A stretch of DNA of 50,984 bases, counting the filler, from Trypethelium eluteriae (Eukaryota): NCBI GenBank assembly GCA_051942245.1. It is 2 parts of 2 records of this genome, joined end to end, with 100 filler letters (N's around TTAATTAATTAA, not from the genome) between each part and the next. Parts side by side here need not be neighbours in the genome. Positions count along the whole stretch, not along the records: positions 25,561 to 50,984 come from JAVECL010000375.1; 1 more part is not named here. One strand, written 5' to 3'. Position 1 is the stretch's first letter. Each line of letters begins with the position of its first letter. Below the pieces are notes generated by a model. The model ran no database searches. It saw nothing but the letters and a program-made list of their open reading frames with translations, and was not told the DNA's origin. A program made the position numbers and the translations under genes. Shown in pieces: positions 25,880-36,928 of this stretch.

Positions 25880-27732
25880 CTAATCAACTCCGCTATCCTT
25901 AGGTTCTTCACCAGTGGCAGTGTCTTTGGAGGGATAGAAATCTAGTTTTCCTTGGGGACCGATCAAGCCCATTCTATCATAGAGCGTCCGGGCCCTGATA
26001 TACGGGTCCAGCTGCCAATAATTCTCTGCCAATTGTCCAGCAACGTCGTTTCTCTTCTCGGATTCGTCTTTGGCGCCGTCTATCCAAGCCAAGGTCGAAT
26101 TCTCGTAGTTCCTTACTAACTCTTCCCGAACTTTCAGGAGTTCAGCCTTCTTTGTTGTGTCCTTCATTTGGTCATTCTCGCCCTCTCGAGGTTCAATATA
26201 GTGGTATTCCCAGTCCTCGTCGCCACCCAATTCTTTCATGGCTTTAGACTTATCAATGAACTCTGTCAATTCGGTGAGATTGCCAGTGAAGTGTACTTTA
26301 GCTGCTACAACCGGGTCAAGCCAACCACGGATGATTTTCCAGATACCCTGAAAGATCCAAGGAGATTTGTGGACAAGAACAGCCCCAAGTGACTCCGGAT
26401 AATTGGCCTCGAAACACTTGATCATGAATTTGACAGGTGTATAGTCCTAATTGGAAAATAAGTCTCGAAGGTTATGAAGCTTAGTGGGACAGAACCTACC
26501 ATGTTTGCCAAGGAAAAGTCGGTCATATCAAATATGATGGTCGCAGTATCCACATTGCCTCTCAATAATAGCCTCGCTGTCTCAATCGTGTGCACTGTAT
26601 ATCTCTCCAAAGAACTCACCGTCTGATCACCTCCATGGTGTATTCTTACCCTCACAACGCACATCGGTCTACCCTCTTTATCCAATCCATGAAGGAAGCT
26701 CTTTCCCATGCGATATTGTGCCAAAAAGTCCTTGCCGTCTCTCTCCTTGCTGGAGTTTGTTGCGCCCTCCGCCTTGCCTTGAGAGTCAAGCAAGCACCCT
26801 TCCTCGCCTCGGTACATAATATCGTCATCAACGTGGATTTCCTGATCGCGCCAATGCATAGCACTGACCAACATGACAAGGGCAGCATTGACGTCCCACT
26901 TCCGAGCGCGCAAGTATCTGAGTAGGATTCCATCGGGATGATCGTGCTTTGTCATGCTCCAAAACGTTGCGCGTAACGCTTCCGGGGATTGCGATGCTAT
27001 CGTTTCTCTGAATTGTTTGGTCTGACCGTATTTCTCGTTTGCGCCATCTAAACTCTCTGCTATGCTCTCCAGCCCAGACGGGGACGTTGGGGCAGCGGGG
27101 CCCTCGCTTTCCTTATTGCCACGACGGAGGAAGCTTAGACGGGACTTTTTTCTTTTGTCTGGTGTAGCTGGTGGCTCCGCCGAAGCTGTGTCTGAAGGCG
27201 CCGTGCTTGTAGACTCTGATTCGCCATTGGTTGCCCCATCGAGCTGTGCTTCATCCTGACCGTGTGGCTTCTGCACACCAAAAAGCTTGAAAGTTATTTT
27301 CCAAAGCTCTTTCAACTTCTGTTCTTGTTCCGCTGTCAGATTGCCCGGTCGCCCAGGTGGTATAGTTTCGGCCATTGCGGCCTGGGATGTGCTGTTCTCG
27401 CCCGCCGCTTCGACTGAGGCCTGGCGCTTACGTGGGGTAATGTATATGGGTGAAGATGGTCTCGAGAGTTCTTCTAGAAGGATCGCGCTGGTGATTGTCA
27501 CAACACATGCAACCGCGACAGTCCAGCTTCCGATGGCGCTATGTTTCGTATTTGGAAATGGTTGGACCGAGGCTGCCAACCTGGGGTAATAGTGTCTTAG
27601 TTCCTGTGCGGGGAGTGACGCTAGAAATTGATTGCGGTGGAGGAGCGTTTCCGTGTGCGCTGAGCTTCTGATACCGAGAGAATGGGCGGTACGAGCGGGA
27701 TAAGGTAGGCGACGTAGGAGAGATGAACGCAT
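25880..27732 (-). CDS. CSR1: CRAL-TRIO (Sec14-like) phosphatidylinositol transfer protein, Csr1/Sfh2-type
   Basis: PGRPGNLTAEQE, KHDHPDGILLRYLRARKWDV, FDMTDFSLANM|DYTPVKFMIKCFEANYPESLG. Intron 26447-26499. Possible starts at 27732 and 27375. Confidence 0.9.
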
Positions 27733-28072
27733 CAAAACTTTGAGGCGGGCATGGAGGAAATGGGAGAATAGGAGAGCGGAGTGAGCTGAGCGGAAGGATG
27801 CGGGGAGGAGAGCGGTACGGGAAGAGGAAGTGCCGTTCTGCGAGAGCAAAGCTACGGTGAAGGCAGGATGGAGGTCGGCGTAGTATAGAAGCGGATAGAC
27901 CGGAGTCAGCAGCTCGGGATACTCGAGACGGGAACAAATGAAGAGATGAATGCTGTGCAGACGTCATCCTTTCTTTGACACCGTGGTGCACGTGGTCTAA
28001 GCGCGTTGTTTCTTTCAACCACACAACGCGTGTCCCATAAGTCAAAGCTATCCCCTCTCGAACTGTAGCGAC

Positions 28073-28868
28073 ATGGCTACGCCCACCGAGTCCCACCAAA
28101 CATCAGTAAACCGACGGTCGCACCCACCTTCTCGCCCTACCACTCCTCTTCGGCCAAGCTCACGAGCCTCCCTTCGCGATTCCTCTGCGAAAAGATACTC
28201 CTCACGCGATGCTTCGGAGAACTTGCAGAATCCCTTGGCGGACCTTGAGCCAGCGTTCGCTGAGCTCGCAGACGGCATGGCCGATCTCGAGGCGAACTTC
28301 ATGCACTTGCAATTGATGCATGAGAGCTTAGCTCGGTTCACCGAGGACTTCGGCAGTCTATTGTACGGCATGAACGTCAATGCCTTCTGCGTCGATTTCC
28401 CAGAGGTGAATTCATATTTCACTCTGCTTTAGGAGGCCTATGTTGACCCATTTGATATAGACGCCCGTTCCGGAGTCCTTCAAACGCGCACACGATCTCG
28501 AGACGACGAGCCAAGTTCCTCGCTCAGCCGAGACCCAGCGTTTTCATAACCCTGAGGAGAATCCAGAAGCGACATTTCTGTAAATGCATAACCGTGTCCT
28601 TCTACTGTCTTTCGAGAGGCTAATCAATCGCTACATCAGCACTACCGATACATCCTTTGTAGAAAATCCACCCATCTCATCCCGCTCCGCATCCCGGTTC
28701 GAGACACCAGCTCCACCACGAAGGACAAACATGGGCGCACCTCCTCAAAAGGGAAGCACTAGCGCTGCAGGAGGAAGAGGAGGCGCTACAGCAGGAGCAG
28801 GTAGAGGTGGAGGCGCAAGAGGAAGAGGCGCAAGTGGGATTGCCCGGGGAAAGGGTAGAGGGAGGTGA
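28073..28868 (+). CDS. DAM1: DASH complex subunit Dam1
   Basis: RPTTPLRP..FAELADGMADLEANFMHLQLMHESLARF..LLYGMNVNAFCVDFPE. Introns 28406-28460 and 28580-28639. Followed by TTDTSFVENP and an RGG tail. Confidence 0.93.
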
Positions 28869-29282
28869 CCACCCTTGGTCTTGTGTGTAAATGTGTTGAT
28901 TCCTTCGTATTCAGATACCCAAGAAAATTTACGGTCAGTTTTGAGGAGCAGTGAGAGTTGGAGGTTGATCCCATAGGAATAACTAGTGCAGTAGGGGTAT
29001 TTACAAATCTGTCTTGTCACGCCTGGCTCTCTCTTCCTCGATCTCTGAACTCGACACAAAACAATGACCGCTCCTTCTCTGCATTTAGCATCCAATTCCA
29101 CATAAAATGAAAGGCGTGAACATCATAACGAGCGCATAAAGCAGAGCGACAAAATGTCGCTCGCTATCAAATTGGTATCTTGAGAGCATTATAAGGGGCA
29201 TGAGCAAAAACGAGGAATCTAGCACGTGTCGCTAAAGGAGCAGGGACGAAAATGACGGGAAATCCATAGGATGGAGGATGGT

Positions 29283-31274
29283 CTAAGGAGTATGTGGCTC
29301 ATGTGCTGTATGTAGCTGACTGCGACGATAGCTGAAGAGTGAGCGGTTCTCTTTGCGGTATGCCCAGCCCTTGAGAGCTACGACAATGGCACACCAGGCC
29401 ATCAACAGTGCGCTTGAACCCATGGTAAGGGTGAAGATAAACATGGCGTCGAGGTCATACTGCTCCAGCGCAGTGACAGTAGCCCTGTTGCTGGCCATGA
29501 ACAAGAGGCCACCTGCGACGAGACAGAAACTGGACACCAGTTCGGAAGGTGGACGAGAGGCCAGGTACGAGGTCGGAGGCGAGATGAAGAGAATAATGTA
29601 GGTGACGGCGCGAGCGAGGGCAAAGCCGACGAAGAGAGAACCCCACTGACTGTGGATCATGGTTGAGACCATAGATTCCTGGTGATGAGAAGACATCATG
29701 ATACCCAAGAGCATGATGATGAGGCCGGGCAGGGGATTCATCGGGAACCTGTACGTCTGGGGCCAGTCCCACTCCAGGTCATGTTCATGAGCATTTCCGC
29801 GTTGCGCAGACAGAATGTTAGTGTTGAGAAAGTCCCGGACCTTGCTCGATTCGATGAGCATACCCAGCAAACCTCCACCGAAAAACATGATGGTAATGGA
29901 GATGTGTTCGAGGTCTTGGGGTGCCCAGGCATCGCCCCAGGCAGCTAGATGCTCCAACCAGACATTGGAAATGCCGTATAGGAAAATGACAAAGGACTCT
30001 ATGAATTCGGCAGACGGGAGTGCGGTCTTCCAGCGAGCCACCATTTCTTGCGAGGTAGGCTTAATATTCCAAGCCCAGCCGAAGTCGGCAAAGCAGCCCA
30101 TCCAGCGACCGAGGGTGAGCAAGCCATACCAGAAGAAGATCCCCCCCTTGATGAAATGGGCCAGCCCGTTGAAGACGTCGGAGCCGCGCTAATTTCCCGT
30201 TAGCGTCATCTTACCATCTGTAGCTCATGACCAGGGTTCGGAGGGTTCGGAGAGTTTGGAGGGGCGAGGGCGAGCTTACAAAAACCCCACCATACGTCAC
30301 TAGGCCGGTGGTGAACCCCACAAAACCAAGCACGAGCAAAATCCGTTCGATCGCATGAAAAACACCTTGCAACACCAACCAAGTCCGACCAATTGCGTAT
30401 TTCGGTACATGGAGCTGGAGGAACTTGTCGACCCGGTTGTTGCGCAAAAAGCTTCGCTTTTCGTCATCCGCATTTCCTTCGTCGTCGTCGTGAACGTCGA
30501 TGTCGTCTTGGAACTCAACCCGTCGAAAGGGTGACCGCATTTCAGAGAAGTGCAGAGTATCTGACTGCTGGCTCATCGATCGCGGGCTCCCAATAAGGGA
30601 AGCAGTATTGCGCTCGGTCCCTTGGCCAGAGTCCCGCGACCATCTATACTCATGCGAAGTGCTGTCCCGGAAAGGTTGTTGTTGCGCCAATGCTCCAAAA
30701 GATAGGGGTGGCCTTATCAGGGCACGCTTCTTGTTTCCCCCTATATAGAGATTGACGACGCTCATTAACACCCAGACACACGCGATCCATGTGATGGCCC
30801 AGCCTGCTTTGTGATGCGAATTGTTTGGATAAAGATCGGGGGTCTGAGAGTTGTAAATGGTACCGACAAACAAGCCGACACTATTCGCCACCAAGAAAAG
30901 AATTTGCACGAGCAAAGTGTATCGCGACTTGGCAATGCTGAACATTACGGCTGTGGAGATATTAGTGAATCCTTTTCGTTGTCCCGGGCCTTCACACGGT
31001 ACCTACCGACTGGAAGTATGACGACCCATGCTAGTACCATGAGGAAAATGTGCGTGTACATCTGACTGGCATGATCTGATAATGCGAAATAGCTTTGAGG
31101 CTCGACACTTGCTTCTTTGATTCCATCGGCGATAGTAGGTCGGCTTGGTGACTCATTGTGCACAAAGGCCTTCCCATCTGGTCCATGGCTATCGTCTCCA
31201 TGAGCAACTACCAAAGGCAGAAGCTCGAGCAGCGCCGAGGCGGCGAATATTAGAAAAGCTCGACCAGTCGGCAT
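29283..31274 (-). CDS. YTP1: Ytp1-like integral membrane protein
   Basis: Signal peptide, HIFLMVLAW, PDLYPNNSH, AHFIKGGIFFWYG, WLEHL..DLEH, MNPLP..MSSHHQ. Two introns at about 30952-31005 and 30189-30279. Confidence 0.88.
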
Positions 31275-31829
31275 GTATCGTTAAGAAGCTTGGCGAAAGC
31301 ACCTCTTGTGTAGAGTAAGCGAGCTTCAGAGTTAGGATAATGAGGCAGCTAGAAGAGGACCGTTCGTCAGCTGTAGAGCATGTGAAGGCTGTGAAGTGAA
31401 GGAATGCGCCGGGAAACAACTCGTCACAATTTGGGCAGTCGCACTTGCAACTACCTGCGCATGCTGCGGGGACGTGGCTCAGATAACGAAAAGCTTGGGT
31501 CCGAAGTTGAAACTGAGGCAAAAGACTCTTAATACCTACGAGAGAGCTTAGATGAGAGTAGATTTTCGTATGCAAGATAGTCTGAATGCGCCTCAGCTCG
31601 GAATGCGCCAACGCTTGTATTTCCAAAAGAAAAGACAAGCTCCAGAGTGATTAGGTATAGGCAGAAAGAGCAGCGGAGGACAAAGCTTTTGAGCATGTGG
31701 AGGACGGTGGAAACAGGCGGAATATGTCAGCAAGGCGGTTGGTCCGGACATAATGCGGCGAGGTGAGGTAAGATGAGGCATGCTGCCTAAGGTCAAAAGA
31801 CTGTTGGTTTGAGGTATAACTCATTCGGC

Positions 31830-34480
31830 GCCAGCGCAATCCGTCTGTGCCGCTACTATCTTTACCGAGTGCGCCGAGTGTGCCGAGTGCTAGAGCCCGC
31901 AGTCGCTTGTGAGTCCTCAGTAGGTACTTACCTAGTAGGTTTGCAGCACTCGGCGCTGACGGTCTCTAACCATGACAGGGCGGTAGGCTACACGCCGAAG
32001 TTCGGTCGCGGCGTGGGTAAGAACAGCTGCACCCACTATTTTTTCTTCTGGTAACGGTTAGCGAGGACTGGGAGTAGCCGCCAGTGACGTGACCGGGGAT
32101 TTTGCATCCCACCGTGGCTAGTCGGTTCGTCTATGTATTTACTTTCATCCTTGAGATAGTCAACTCGTCTTCCACTGGACATAGCTCATCTGCATCGCAT
32201 AGGAGATATTTTAATTCCACTGGCTGTATTCGCATCTCACCGGTGGTATTCGCTTCCAATTGGAGGGGCAGCCACCGCGTCCAACCATCGTTTCTTGGTG
32301 ATGTATGAGGTAATGCAGGACCCATGGCCTGGGTGCATGGAGCTTCAGGGAGCCCTTGAATTAATTACCTAGATCTTAGCATTTTTTGCGTTGTTCTAGG
32401 GCGGAATTAGCGTCCGCCGCGTGCCGATTCGCCGAGAGATCCAGTCACCAGGACCGGTGTGGATGCTGGTTGGCCACTCGGATTGGGACCTGCCCAGGGC
32501 AACTGCAAGAGCTTTCACTTCAATCTTTATCTTCGGCAGGATCGGCGTGACTCAACCTTCTTCGAGTCAGAGGCTCCACCAGCGGGTGGGCGGGGGAATA
32601 ATAGTCGTCAGAAAAGCACCTGATGATTTTTGCTTTGTTCGATGGCCCTCCCAAAATCCAACATTGTGCCACAGCATGATGCGCTTGCTGCCTTACTCAG
32701 TATACAACTGTGAGGTAGACGTGAAACGAAAGAAGCAAAACCTTCTGCATGTGATTTTAACTGCCCCGCCCGCATTGCCCCGCCACGGGATTCACGTTCA
32801 ACTCGGCCGTTTCGCGAGCGATTCAAGTCCGAGATGAGAAGCAAGCTAGTGAGTGGGTAGTCGAAAGTCTGTGGCTGAAGATTTCTTGGCATTCAGGCTC
32901 ATACCTTCCGCTTCCCTGTGCAAGCGATTTCCTAGGTAGATATCGTAAGTTCTCTTAGAGCGATGCTCTGAACCGGGTACAACCCGTAGCACCGTAGGAT
33001 GGGGACTTTAGGGCGATCAGCCGGGCGCCACGAGGTCGATAGCGCGCCATCCTGACGAAGGAATGCAGAAGTGCAGCTTTCGGCAACTGCGGCCGAGAGA
33101 CCGTTATTCTGCGTCATCACCTGATAATCAACTAAAGTTCCTCCAGATTCACCGACTCCTTCACCATTATGCGAACCGGTATGGTGCGAGAAATTCTCCG
33201 GTCACTGGTTCAATCTAGACCAAGGCTTTTATCTTATCCCAAGTTCCAAGGCTGGACGAACCCGAAAATAATCTAGGTGCCCGTCCAACATCTGGTGATC
33301 TGTTGCGATCGGGCGGCTGAATCTATTATCAAGCGCTACATCAGCCGCAGAGCCGCAAATAGACAGATGTCATGCCGTACTGACGCCTTGCATACAAGAC
33401 CGATCCGGGGGCTGGGAACGGTGGGCTGATTGCTAAACGCTACTGTGAGGTCACTAAGGACTCAATACCGATTATGTCAGCCCGTTATCGCAGTCGCCCT
33501 TAGCGAAGAAGCGTCGTTATTATTCTGGGAAGAAGCTTCTCAAAACGTCAATGTACAGAAACTGCTTACTGTGCTCAGATAATTATTTGAGTGCAACTTC
33601 TTGCCTGAATGGCAGAGAAGTGGATAGGGGTCGTGGTCGGAGTCGAGGTCAGACACCGGGTATATCTACTCTGGGAATGAATTCTAGGAAATTAGGCAAC
33701 GGTCTTCCAGAGATAATATCTATATCTTCTATTTATGTCCTATCCAGACATGTTACCGTGAGGCACGCTTCTGTAGTGTTGTTCCATTTTCCGGGAAATC
33801 CACTACGTATCAATCCCTTGCTTCAATGAAATTCTAGACTTCTGGTCTTTTAACATTTGCAGGACACGAAACGCTCAAACAAAATGTGCAATAATATGGA
33901 TTAAGGTTGATCTACTTTCGAATCTGTAGCGCGAGTAAGACACAAGCGTGGGAATCGAGAAGTCGAGATGAACACTTGCACGGAAGAGGCCTGGCATACC
34001 CGCTTGAATGCTCCAGTAACTTTCCAGGCGTTTCCTCAGTTGTGATTTGATGAGGACATAGGAGTATTTAAGGTTGGAGACTGAATGTGTTCCTGGGAAC
34101 CTTGGGATTAGGTATCGATTGCATCTTCCTGGCTGTCTAACACGCACTTTTGGCAACAAGCGCATTAGTCTCACACGTCGATCGGGATTTGGTGAAGAAC
34201 AACTCTAGCATAGCTTGGATCAAGCACCCCCATCAATCCAGATGATGGATTCTCCGTTGACAAGAAGGTTTTGATTCGCATTCAACCACAGAGAAATAGC
34301 GAAGTAGATGTTGCTAGTCACTCCTGCTCCGACCAGCAGTGTCTGCTATACGGTGACCTCCGGAACGAATGCGGGTTGCATTCGACAGCCGTTGGGACGA
34401 GTGGCAGCAATTTTGATCGGCTTTTGTTGATATGATCCCTCGTTTTCGTCTGTGGTGGCCCTTGTCTCCGTTATCAAGGT
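31830..34480 (+). ncRNA. Putative long structured non-coding RNA (~2.6 kb); telomerase-RNA candidate; boundaries approximate
   Basis: No credible protein gene in 3.5 kb. More than 10 nested 6-11 bp helices, plus a long-range helix 33231-33251/34092-34113. G.U pairs favour the + strand. No canonical TAACCCTAA template was found. Confidence 0.5.
31864..31890 (+). repeat. Three tandem 9-nt units (RCCGAGTGY) with an inverted partner at 31946-31956
   Basis: accgagtgc-gccgagtgt-gccgagtgc, and gcactcggcgc downstream. Confidence 0.7.
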
Positions 34481-34794
34481 ACGTAATGTAGACAACGTCC
34501 TTCAATTGGCGAATTCATGAACATTGTCAAATGAACGCCTTGCAAGCATACCCGCAACACTCAAGCGGAAAATGATGTAATCCGCACCTCTTCTGGTATT
34601 GAACACAGCCAAATCGGAAGGCCTTCTGTCCGCAAAGACGTATGGTCGAATCTGTAAGGCTTGATCTCATTTGCTGAGTTCATGAAATGGAGTGCGTGTG
34701 GTCACAGGGAGGTATTTTCATACTAGACCTCTCTTGCTGACGCGAGATGGTCGGCTCTTGTAGCCTATAGCTCCTCGTCAAAACCAGGGATACC

Positions 34795-36444
34795 TCACCG
34801 TTTGGATTTCCCTTTCTTGCTGTTTTTTCCGACTTGTGACACTGGTGCTGCGTGACCAAAGTCTTTGACATGTTGAAACATCCGTGTCTTAGACGGAAAT
34901 CCCGCACTGCATACAGCACATTTGAACTTCAACTCTTCATTTTGTGCTGCTTCTTGCTTTGCGACCTTCTTGGCTCTCTTTTGAGCAGCTTTGCCTACCT
35001 TAGGAGCTTTCGTCTCAACGTCCCTGTCCGAATCATCATTTGGAATGGTATCATCATCTAACGATGGAGCACTTCTCAGACGCTCCTCGATAGCTTCTCT
35101 GGAGGCATACTCGTCGTTTTCAGCAGACGAGCTCTCTATGTTTGAGTCCACTTCAGAAACTGAGTCTTCGTCTTCCTCTTCATCATCCTCTTCATCATCC
35201 TCGTCCTTTTCCAAAGTAGTTTCCTCAACAGCTGCAGCAATTTGTGATTCATCATCTCCTTCATGATCATCGTCCTCGACTGGTTTTTCTGTTACCTCTT
35301 GGATCGACTCTTCGTCTCCGTCTTCGGTTGGCCGGGGAGTAGTGACTCCACTACTAGAAATGTCATCATCTAGATTTAGGCTCTTATTTTCTTTCTTCAT
35401 CTTCCTTCGCAAGGAGTCAATGGCCTTCTGATGCTTCTTGCTCTTTTCATGCGCAACCCATTGTTTCTCACTCTTGAAGGTTTTCCGACAGGCAACACAT
35501 TCGAAATGCTCCACATCCTGTTCCTCTTCCTCACTCTCTTCCTCAACATCCTCTGGATCGCGCGCAGTGGCCCACTCTGGAATGGGTTGATGCATCTTAG
35601 CCTCATTCGCGGCTCGTGCCCTAGCTGCTTGTGCGGCTGTTGCATCACGAAGTGCCTTTTGGCGTTCTGCTTCAGTCTGCGTGTTTGGTACATAACGAGG
35701 ATCCCGCTTGCGCACGAACATAACAAGCGATCTCACAGCATCATTGAACTCTCGGATGCCATCTTCCCGTAAGCGCTTGTTCTCCTTCTCCATTAGACGG
35801 CGGACTCTCCTATCGGGCGCCTCTGATAATCGGTAAAGGTCCTTCCATGCAAAAGTTTTTTTCGTGCTAAAGCTGGACCAGACGGCGTAGAAATGCTTGA
35901 CCACGTCATCATATTCATCTTCCTTGTGCCCAAACGACGGATAGTCAATATCGTCCACATTTTCCCACTCGGCTGCGGCCTGCTCCTCACGGCTCAAGCC
36001 CTCGAAGGTCTCTCTCAGAAAGCCGTAGAAACCGGAAGGTGAATCGGTATATTGAATGCCGCCATGAAACTTGCGTATCATTCTCATGATATCGTCAGCA
36101 GTCGTGACCCTGATGTTATGTTCGCAGTGTGCCTCTCCAGTGCTAGATCCATCGTCACCCCGTAAGATTTCCCCTTCGTGCGAATCGTACCAGGCTCGCT
36201 CTTGAGGATCGGACAGCACTTCATACGCAGCTTGAACTGCAGCAAACAGCCGAGTAGCTTCTTCTTCTTTCCCAAAGTTACGATCTGGGTGAGATTCAAG
36301 TGCTTTCTTTCGATAGGCCTTTTTTAGTTCATCCTCAGAGGCCTGTTTCGTTACACCTAGCAACTCATAATAGCTTGTCTTTACCTCTCCCACCGAAGTA
36401 GCACCACTGGCCGAGCCAGCAGTGGATGACTGATTAGCACCCAT
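34795..36444 (-). CDS. JJJ1: J-domain/C2H2 zinc-finger co-chaperone (Jjj1/DNAJC21)
   Basis: J-domain with HPD ([17 protein letters not shown]), FVRKRDPRY, zinc fingers [15 protein letters not shown] and [15 protein letters not shown]. Confidence 0.93.
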   Translation of the reverse strand: MGANQSSTAGSASGATSVGEVKTSYYELLGVTKQASEDELKKAYRKKALESHPDRNFGKEEEATRLFAAVQAAYEVLSDPQERAWYDSHEGEILRGDDGSSTGEAHCEHNIRVTTADDIMRMIRKFHGGIQYTDSPSGFYGFLRETFEGLSREEQAAAEWENVDDIDYPSFGHKEDEYDDVVKHFYAVWSSFSTKKTFAWKDLYRLSEAPDRRVRRLMEKENKRLREDGIREFNDAVRSLVMFVRKRDPRYVPNTQTEAERQKALRDATAAQAARARAANEAKMHQPIPEWATARDPEDVEEESEEEEQDVEHFECVACRKTFKSEKQWVAHEKSKKHQKAIDSLRRKMKKENKSLNLDDDISSSGVTTPRPTEDGDEESIQEVTEKPVEDDDHEGDDESQIAAAVEETTLEKDEDDEEDDEEEDEDSVSEVDSNIESSSAENDEYASREAIEERLRSAPSLDDDTIPNDDSDRDVETKAPKVGKAAQKRAKKVAKQEAAQNEELKFKCAVCSAGFPSKTRMFQHVKDFGHAAPVSQVGKNSKKGKSKR

Positions 36445-36562
36445 TCAGATCCCAGAAGCATAATGTTCTCTGGTGTTGGCAGACCACAAAATGGGACAGA
36501 TGGCCATCTGACTCGCATTGGTTGCGTTTCTCTCTTGGAGGCAAGCCGATAAAATTAATCAA

Positions 36563-36570
36563 GTCACGTG
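36563..36570. promoter_or_regulatory. E-box GTCACGTG (bHLH site: Cbf1 or Pho4/NUC-1 type) in the JJJ1/SPX-RING divergent promoter
   Basis: Exact GTCACGTG between two head-to-head genes. Confidence 0.35.
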
Positions 36571-36928
36571 CAGCTGCTCGGAATCTTGGTCCGAGTCCTG
36601 CCAATCATCATTCAAGCGCCACTTAAGCCACTACGCCGCCTTGCAAGATTTTGAGAAGGAGGGCACGCGAGTCATTGCGCCATTGAGCATAAATACCCAA
36701 GGCCAGCCTTCACGCCGTCCTGAACTACAATAGCCCCGAATCCTATGTCAAACGGAAAAACTCGATTACGTAAATTATCGCTTTGTCGCAGGCCATACTA
36801 CGCGTTCGAGCTCTCGTAACTGTCGCCACGCTATGAGATTCGCCTCATTAGAATTGTTCGAATTGGTCGGAAAAGACTACGGCTAAAGCACAAAGGACCT
36901 CGGATCTTTCTGAATCTGGTTCGGCAGC

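Noticed and set aside
31864..31890. Short direct repeats as CRISPR or transposon subterminal repeats
   Set aside because: Eukaryotic DNA, no spacers, and no terminal inverted repeat, target-site duplication or transposase.
31925..31934. TACTTACCT resembling the U1 snRNA 5' end
   Set aside because: No U1-70K or U1A loops and no Sm site at the right distance; it is part of a local palindrome.
32604..32730. Hammerhead-like pieces (GUC, CUGAUGA, GAAAC)
   Set aside because: Stems I and II cannot form in the required register. The similar CUGACGA at 33052 has no correctly placed GAAA.
32996..33142. Apparent pseudoknot or HDV-like ribozyme (AGGATGG/CCATCCT crossing GGACTTTAG/CTAAAGTTC)
   Set aside because: No P3/L3/P1.1 core, and a fully nested alternative fold explains the region.
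32102..34505. Short ORFs (62-138 aa) inside the structured locus
   Set aside because: Mostly non-ATG starts, no family resemblance, and they cannot be spliced into a coherent gene.
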